From Sulfurospirillum sp. (GTDB lineage Bacteria; Campylobacterota; Campylobacteria; Campylobacterales; Sulfurospirillaceae), in the NCBI GenBank assembly GCA_016735235.1, contig JAERRW010000079.1, positions 1-61,015 on the forward strand: 61,015 nt of DNA. The letters run 5' to 3'. The notes beneath the pieces are model-generated. The model was not told the origin of the DNA. It was given only the letters and a program-made list of their open reading frames with translations, and did not search any database. A program made the translations under genes and the position numbers. This document shows positions 55,290 to 61,015 of the stretch, piece after piece (the stretch's first letter is position 1; each line of letters starts with the position of its first letter).

Positions 55290-56714
55290 TTGATTGTGTT
55301 TTATTTTTTAATATCTTTAACAGCATTAATACTCGGATACTTTATTTATGGATCGTTTGTCGATAAATTTTTTGGCTCAACTGACAATGAAAAGACTCCT
55401 GCAAATACATTAAAGGACGGTGTTGATTTTGAACCAATGCCAAAATATAAAGTTTTACTAATTCAAATTTTAAACATAGCAGGAGTAGGTCCTATATTTG
55501 GTCCTATTTTAGGAGTTTTATATGGTCCTATCGCACTAGTTTGGATTGTGATCGGCTCTATTTTTGCTGGCGCTGTTCATGATTATTTGAGCGGAATGTT
55601 ATCAATTAGAAACAAAGGTGTAACAGTTCCAACTTATACCGTTAAGTATTTAGGTAAATGGAGTAGTTGGCCTATAAGAATCTCTACATTACTTTTACTC
55701 TTTTTTGTAGGAGTTGCTTTTATTATGGCACCTGCAAGACTTCTACATGGTCTATTTGACAATATAAGTGTTCAAATATTTATTTTAATAATATTTGCTT
55801 ACTATTTTTTAGCTACCATTTTACCAGTTAATAAAATAATTGGTAAGTTGTATCCTATTTTTGGTGCTATGCTTATTGTTATGTCTGTACTTCTTTTAGT
55901 AGCTTTAGGATTTAGTGAGCATGAATTTTATGCTATTGCTAATGACGGTTTTTTTACTAGCTATCATCCAAATGATTTACCAATATGGCCTCTTATGTTT
56001 ATTACAATTGCATGTGGAGCAATTAGTGGATTTCACTCAACCCAATCACCAATAATGGCAAGATGTGTACAAAATGAAAACTCTGGTAAAATGATATTTT
56101 ATGGCGGAATGATAGCCGAGGGAGCAATAGCACTTATATGGGCTACTTTGGCTATGAGTTTTTATCCAACAGTTGAGGCACTATTTGAAGTAACATCAAC
56201 CCAATCACCAGCGGGCGTTGTGAGTGGAATATCTTTTGGACTTCTTGGAGGCATTGGAGGGACTTTAGCGGTTATTGCAATTATAATACTACCAATTACA
56301 AGTGGCGATACTGCTTTTAGAAGTATACGACTTACTCTTTCAGAAATTTTTAGCATAGGACAATCTAAAGCGATGCAGCGATTAGCAATAGCTATTCCAC
56401 TTTTCATAATAGCATTTTTTATGACTAAGAATGATTTTGATGTAATATGGAGATATTTTGGTGTTACTAATCAACTACTAGCTTCTATAATGCTATGGAC
56501 AGGTGCCGCTTATTTTGCTTCTAAAGGCAAATCTCATTTGATGGCATCTTTACCTGCAACTTTTATGAGTGCTGTTTGTATAACATATTTAGCAATGGAT
56601 AAACAGTTAGGATTTGGGATTGAGTATGTTACTTCAACCTATATTGGCATAATTGGTGCTGTAGCACTTTTTATTGCTTTTGTATATTTTTATGTTAAAA
56701 AACCAAATTTATAG
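55290..56714 (+). CDS. cstA: Carbon starvation CstA family transporter
   Basis: IAGVGPIFGP, GAVHDY, IACGAISGFHSTQSP. Confidence 0.9.
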   Translation: MIVFYFLISLTALILGYFIYGSFVDKFFGSTDNEKTPANTLKDGVDFEPMPKYKVLLIQILNIAGVGPIFGPILGVLYGPIALVWIVIGSIFAGAVHDYLSGMLSIRNKGVTVPTYTVKYLGKWSSWPIRISTLLLLFFVGVAFIMAPARLLHGLFDNISVQIFILIIFAYYFLATILPVNKIIGKLYPIFGAMLIVMSVLLLVALGFSEHEFYAIANDGFFTSYHPNDLPIWPLMFITIACGAISGFHSTQSPIMARCVQNENSGKMIFYGGMIAEGAIALIWATLAMSFYPTVEALFEVTSTQSPAGVVSGISFGLLGGIGGTLAVIAIIILPITSGDTAFRSIRLTLSEIFSIGQSKAMQRLAIAIPLFIIAFFMTKNDFDVIWRYFGVTNQLLASIMLWTGAAYFASKGKSHLMASLPATFMSAVCITYLAMDKQLGFGIEYVTSTYIGIIGAVALFIAFVYFYVKKPNL

Positions 56715-56854
56715 TTAAAAAATATAATATATTTTTTAAAATAGCGGTGGCTTTATAGCCTTTAGTTCAATTTTTAAATTTTATTTTAATCTTTCAATAT
56801 TAATGAAAATAAAAATGGAAAACAAAAAGAGATTTATTTCTATGGAAAACAAAA

Positions 56855-58057
56855 ATGAAAAACAAGACACAATACCTTTTTACAAGCGAAGTAGTAAGCC
56901 CCGGACATCCCGATAAATGTGCAGATATAATTTCAGATAGTATCGTCGATACTCTTTTAATAGCAGATAAAAATTCACGCGTGGCAAGCGAGGTTTTTAT
57001 TGCTGGTAAACATGTTATTATTGGCGGAGAGGTAGCAAGCCAAAATCACCCAAATTATGAAGAGATAGCAAAACAAGCATTAGTAAAAATAGGGTACGAC
57101 GGAAAATCTGCTTTCTCAAAAGAGCAGTGTTTGTATCCAGAAGATGTTAAGGTTCAGGTTCTTTTAAATCAACAATCATCAGATATAAATCAAGGTGTAG
57201 ACCAAGAGACAGGCGAAATAGGAGCAGGCGATCAAGGCATCATGTTTGGTTTTGCTTCAAATGAGACAAAAGAGTTTATGCCCGCGGCCATTATGTATGC
57301 TAGAATTTTAAGCAATAAAGTATATGAGTATGCCTTAAAAAATAATCAAAAACTCGGAGTCGATATTAAGACACAAGTTACCGTCGATTATACTACTAAA
57401 GAAAATTTTGAAAATTGTAAACCTCAAAAAATACACACTATAGTAGTGTCCGCTCCTTCAACTCAATCAATGGCAATAGAAAAAGTAAGAGTACTCATAA
57501 AAAGCCTTATCGATAGTGCGGGTCTTCCAGTAGAGCTTTATAATCCACATGATACTATTATTCACATAAACCCAACAGGACGCTATGTAAACCATAGCCC
57601 ACTTCATGACTCAGGGCTTACAGGACGCAAACTCATAGTCGATAGTTTTGGCGGATACTCACCAATAGGCGGTGGAGCGCAATCTAGTAAAGATTATACA
57701 AAAGTAGATAGAAGTGGTCTTTATGCGGCACGCTGGATAGCTAAACACATAGTGGCATCAAAATTAGCAAAGAAATGCTCGGTTCAACTCTCATACGCTA
57801 TTGGTGTTTCTAAACCAGTTTCAGTTAGTGTAGATACTTTTGGAACATTCACATGTAAAGATGATAACATGTTGTCGGATTTTGTTTTGTCTACATTTAG
57901 TTTAACTCCAAAGTGGATTACTGGTAAATTTGGTTTAGATAAGCCAAGTAAAGAGACTTTTCTTTATGCCGATGTTGCTGCTCGTGGACAAGTTGGACAG
58001 AGTGATTATCCTTGGGAGCAATTAGATTCATTGGAGATATTTACCGCTTTAAAATGA
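56855..58057 (+). CDS. metK: S-adenosylmethionine synthetase
   Basis: FTSEVVSPGHPDK, GAGDQG, GGGAQSSKD. Confidence 0.98.
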   Translation: MKNKTQYLFTSEVVSPGHPDKCADIISDSIVDTLLIADKNSRVASEVFIAGKHVIIGGEVASQNHPNYEEIAKQALVKIGYDGKSAFSKEQCLYPEDVKVQVLLNQQSSDINQGVDQETGEIGAGDQGIMFGFASNETKEFMPAAIMYARILSNKVYEYALKNNQKLGVDIKTQVTVDYTTKENFENCKPQKIHTIVVSAPSTQSMAIEKVRVLIKSLIDSAGLPVELYNPHDTIIHINPTGRYVNHSPLHDSGLTGRKLIVDSFGGYSPIGGGAQSSKDYTKVDRSGLYAARWIAKHIVASKLAKKCSVQLSYAIGVSKPVSVSVDTFGTFTCKDDNMLSDFVLSTFSLTPKWITGKFGLDKPSKETFLYADVAARGQVGQSDYPWEQLDSLEIFTALK

Positions 58058-58074
58058 TGTACATGTAAATTTAA

Positions 58075-58449
58075 TTAAAGTATACTTTTTTTATAAATAA
58101 CTCCATCAATAAGTTTTTTTGCAACTTTTTCTATATCGTGATCGCTATTAATTTGAAGTAAGATTTTTGAATCAAAAAGATATTCAGTTGCAAGATGTTG
58201 CACTTTTTTAGAGATAAATTTGTCCACAATAATATATTTAGCACCAATGGCATTAGCAAGACAAGCATCTTTTAAACTATTCACATGTAGAGCAAAATTT
58301 ATATTTTGAGCTTTACTAAAGAGCAATAATTTTGTATTTTTAATATCAATCAAAATAGTACTATTTGGTTTAGTTTTTTTAATATCTTCACTTTTCATAA
58401 CTCTATAGAGTGGCTTAAATGGTATAAGTGGATGACCTATTATAATCAT
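58075..58449 (-). CDS. Conserved Campylobacterota hypothetical protein
   Basis: MIIIGHPLI...AIGAKYI...QHLATEYLFDSKIL...IDGV. Confidence 0.7.
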   Translation of the reverse strand: MIIIGHPLIPFKPLYRVMKSEDIKKTKPNSTILIDIKNTKLLLFSKAQNINFALHVNSLKDACLANAIGAKYIIVDKFISKKVQHLATEYLFDSKILLQINSDHDIEKVAKKLIDGVIYKKSIL

Positions 58450-58679
58450 TACTTTACTTTTGCACACTTTTTTGAGCAGTAAAACTCACCATCTTTAATA
58501 ATTGCATCGTCTTGATTAATAAAAGTTTTACACTCTTCGCACTCCATCATTATATTTACTTTTGATGTAGATGTTTTTTTCTCTGTTTTTTCTGTGTAGA
58601 TACTCTTATTTGATTTTTTAAAAAACATTATATATATCACAAAAAATATACCCAATAGTGCTAAAAATTTAATAATCAT
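58449..58679 (-). CDS. PP0621-family small membrane protein
   Basis: TM helix then MMECEEC...FYCSKKC. Confidence 0.75.
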   Translation of the reverse strand: MIIKFLALLGIFFVIYIMFFKKSNKSIYTEKTEKKTSTSKVNIMMECEECKTFINQDDAIIKDGEFYCSKKCAKVK

Positions 58680-59248
58680 GTGCAACAATCCTTAATGAGA
58701 AGATAATTTCTTCTATTTTTTTTATATATTTTATAATCTTTTAGTTTAGTAATCTCTTTATCAACTCTCTCGCCTTTGTAAAAGAGGAGTAAAGTTTTAG
58801 AAGTGATATGATTTTTGCATAGATTTATCAATATATCTGTATCTGCAACAGCTCTTGAGCTTATTAAGTCTACCTCAAAAGCTACTGTTTGTTCAATTTT
58901 TTTTGTTACTATTGTAACATTTTTTAATTTTAAAGTTATTTTTACTAGATATAAAAAAGAACTTTTTTTTGCAATTGGCTCAAATAGAGTAAAATGAATA
59001 TTTGGCAATGCTATAGCTAAAATAAGTCCAGGAAATCCAGCTCCAGTTCCTATATCTAATGCTATTTTTATATTTTGTAATGGCAAAAAATTTATAGGAT
59101 AGAGACTATCTTCTATGTTTCTTAAAACAGCAGTTTCATCTTTTGCACCTGTAATATTGTGAATTTTATTGTATTTTAAAATTAAGTTAGTAAAAATATT
59201 GTATTTTTTATTTAACTCTTCAGTGATTAAATAGTTATCATAAAACAC
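58676..59248 (-). CDS. rsmG: 16S rRNA m7G527 methyltransferase
   Basis: HNITG, DIGTGAGFPG, SRAV. Confidence 0.95.
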   Translation of the reverse strand: MFYDNYLITEELNKKYNIFTNLILKYNKIHNITGAKDETAVLRNIEDSLYPINFLPLQNIKIALDIGTGAGFPGLILAIALPNIHFTLFEPIAKKSSFLYLVKITLKLKNVTIVTKKIEQTVAFEVDLISSRAVADTDILINLCKNHITSKTLLLFYKGERVDKEITKLKDYKIYKKNRRNYLLIKDCCT

Positions 59249-59358
59249 ATTGATCCTTTAATGAAAAAATACTTTTGAAGTTTAACGAAAATAGATAGTA
59301 AATGCAAACTCAAATTATCTTTTATTGTGTTATAATTTAAAAAAACAAAAGGAAAATT

Positions 59359-59847
59359 ATGCCTTTATTAGAGAGTTTTAAAGTAGACCATACAAAGATG
59401 ATGGCCCCTTTTGTTAGGGTTGCAAAGAGTATGAAAACACCTTCAAATGACACAATTACGGTTTTTGATTTACGATTTTGCAAACCAAACAAAGAGATTC
59501 TCTCTTCAGAGGGGATTCACACACTAGAACACCTTTATGCTGGATTTATGAGAAAATATCTAAATACAGACGGAGTAGAAATTATAGATATTTCACCTAT
59601 GGGTTGTCGCACCGGGTTTTATATGAGTCTGCTTGGAGATCCAAATGAGCTTATAGTTGCAAAGGCTTGGGAAGAATCAATGAAAGATGTACTTAAAGTC
59701 GAAAAACAAGATGAAATACCAGAACTTAATATTTATCAGTGCGGAACTTATAAAATGCACTCATTAAGAGATGCAAAAAAGATAGCTAAAAATATATTAA
59801 ATAGCAAAATAGGTATTGTAAATAATGAAGAGTTAAAATTAGATTAA
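59359..59847 (+). CDS. luxS: S-ribosylhomocysteine lyase
   Basis: [20 protein letters not shown]. Confidence 0.99.
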   Translation: MPLLESFKVDHTKMMAPFVRVAKSMKTPSNDTITVFDLRFCKPNKEILSSEGIHTLEHLYAGFMRKYLNTDGVEIIDISPMGCRTGFYMSLLGDPNELIVAKAWEESMKDVLKVEKQDEIPELNIYQCGTYKMHSLRDAKKIAKNILNSKIGIVNNEELKLD

Positions 59848-59865
59848 AGAAAATTGTTTAAATAT

Positions 59866-60561
59866 TCAAACGATATTCATGGTTTTTATGTAAAACATAT
59901 ACCCTCTATATAGCTCTATAACCCCATATATAATAACAAATAGTGCCGCTAGTTTTATCAATATATCACGAATACTTGTTTTGTTAAACAGACTTACAAA
60001 AAAGCCAAGAAAGAAGAGAGCGGGTATAGTACTAAGACCAAATATAAGCATAACCAAAGCACCATAAATGGGACTTGCAGTACTTGCAGCAGTAATTGCA
60101 AAAAAGTAGACAAAACCACAAGGAAGTAGACCATTTAAAAGACCCAATAAGAAAAAACTTTTATATGATGTTGATTTTATAAGATTTTGCATTTTATTTT
60201 TATACCAAAAAGTATTTAAAAAATTATACTCAATAAGTGTTAAAAATTTTATTTTACCTATCAAAGATAGTCCTGCTAGAATCATGATAATACTAGTAAT
60301 CATTCTAAAAACAGTATTTGCTTGACCATCAAATGAGAATAGTGAGCCAAAATAACCAAATAAAATACCTATAATCATATAAGTAACTACTCGCCCAAAT
60401 GAGTACAAAAGGTGCGATATTATCTTCTTTTTCTTATTAAATCCACTATCTATTTTAGCACTACTATAAGCCACCACAATACCACCACACATGCCTATGC
60501 AGTGCCCAAAAGAACCTAAAAATGCTATTGTTGTGATAGATATTATATTAATTGTTTCCAT
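59866..60561 (-). CDS. DsbD_2 / sulfite exporter TauE/SafE family membrane protein
   Basis: GHCIGMCGG, NGLLPCGFVY, FGLSTIP. Confidence 0.88.
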   Translation of the reverse strand: METINIISITTIAFLGSFGHCIGMCGGIVVAYSSAKIDSGFNKKKKIISHLLYSFGRVVTYMIIGILFGYFGSLFSFDGQANTVFRMITSIIMILAGLSLIGKIKFLTLIEYNFLNTFWYKNKMQNLIKSTSYKSFFLLGLLNGLLPCGFVYFFAITAASTASPIYGALVMLIFGLSTIPALFFLGFFVSLFNKTSIRDILIKLAALFVIIYGVIELYRGYMFYIKTMNIV

Positions 60562-60639
60562 GGCATAATTATACTATAAATAGAAGAAAATCATATTTGT
60601 TCTGTAACCCTCCCCAAAAACCATACCACCTAAAACAGA

Positions 60640-60765
60640 ATAATTTTGAAAAAAAGTTAAAAAGTTTGGAGTATGAAAGTCCATATGATATAATCATAAA
60701 AGAGTTTGATGTTAAACCATCTAATTTTTATATTAATCCAGTCCATAAGAAGGTGGGACTTAACA
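60640..60765 (+). pseudogene. IS481-family transposase C-terminal remnant and right end
   Basis: NFEKKLKSLEYESPYD...F.INPVHKKVGLN matches IS481 C-termini (YNF..RLK.L...TPY...NP.H...GLN); ends ...GGGACTTAACA (TGT terminus on minus strand). Confidence 0.65.
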
Positions 60766-60768
60766 TTT

Positions 60769-60850
60769 ATTGTATCTAACTCTTCTATTTATTAGATAAA
60801 TTTATAATCAACTATTTTAAGGTTATTCTTTTATGATGTGGATCTGGGTT
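60769..60850. repeat. Dispersed repeat, copy B (inverted relative to copy A)
   Basis: Reverse complement AACCCAGATCCACATCATAAAA...TTGATTATAAATTTATCTAATAAATAGAAGAGTTAGATACAAT matches bases 8-68. Confidence 0.85.
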
Positions 60851-61015
60851 AATTTATCGTTTTTTCTGGATGATAAATTCTACAAAAGAAAAACTATAAC
60901 TAAATTGAAACTTAAAATGAAGTTTTTTAAGGTCTCAAAATAACATTTTAAGGCAACAATTAGTATTATTATTAAATTAAAAATCGCACTTCAGTTTTAA
61001 ATTTTGTGGGTGTTA

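Noticed and set aside
60552-60779. 75-aa ORF as a real gene
   Set aside because: It is a chimera running through the divergent gene's promoter, an IS-end-like sequence and an IS481 fragment.

Overview
AT-rich (about 30% GC by eye) chromosomal segment of a Campylobacterota (epsilonproteobacterial) bacterium. The gene order resembles Sulfurospirillum/Sulfurovum/Campylobacter (inference). Housekeeping genes dominate: groES-groEL with a perfect CIRCE, uvrB, two prepilins-priA-ispG-dnaB-comEC, mgtE, lolA/secA/lolE, rpmH-rnpA-yidD-yidC-jag-mnmE, queA-tatC-tatB-hemW, rppH-lysC-hobA-holB-folP, ligA-tlyA-ribF-cmoA, metK, rsmG and luxS. Accessory or defence insertions are: a GHKL/HATPase + STAS(DUF4325) + membrane-protein cassette; a stand-alone DRT4/UG15-like reverse transcriptase; an AAA_21 + RloB (AbiL/RloAB-like) pair; and a CCNGG-type R-M system plus an orphan M.HpyI/M.NlaIII-like CATG methyltransferase between holB and folP. 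There are short, deletion-eroded IS1595, IS256, IS481 and DUF4160/DUF2442 remnants. The strongest unexplained signal is a highly iterated palindrome, TACATGTA: 29 exact copies by hand count against about 2.5 expected. It is written into proteins as L/I/V-H-V, is scarce in the accessory islands, and is centred on the CATG site predicted for the orphan methylase, suggesting a HIP1/DUS-like system. Three genes (a prepilin, rnpA, queA) appear to start at ATA, and diverged copies of one repeat sit inverted at the two window ends. All family calls come from motif recognition and recall, not from database searches.
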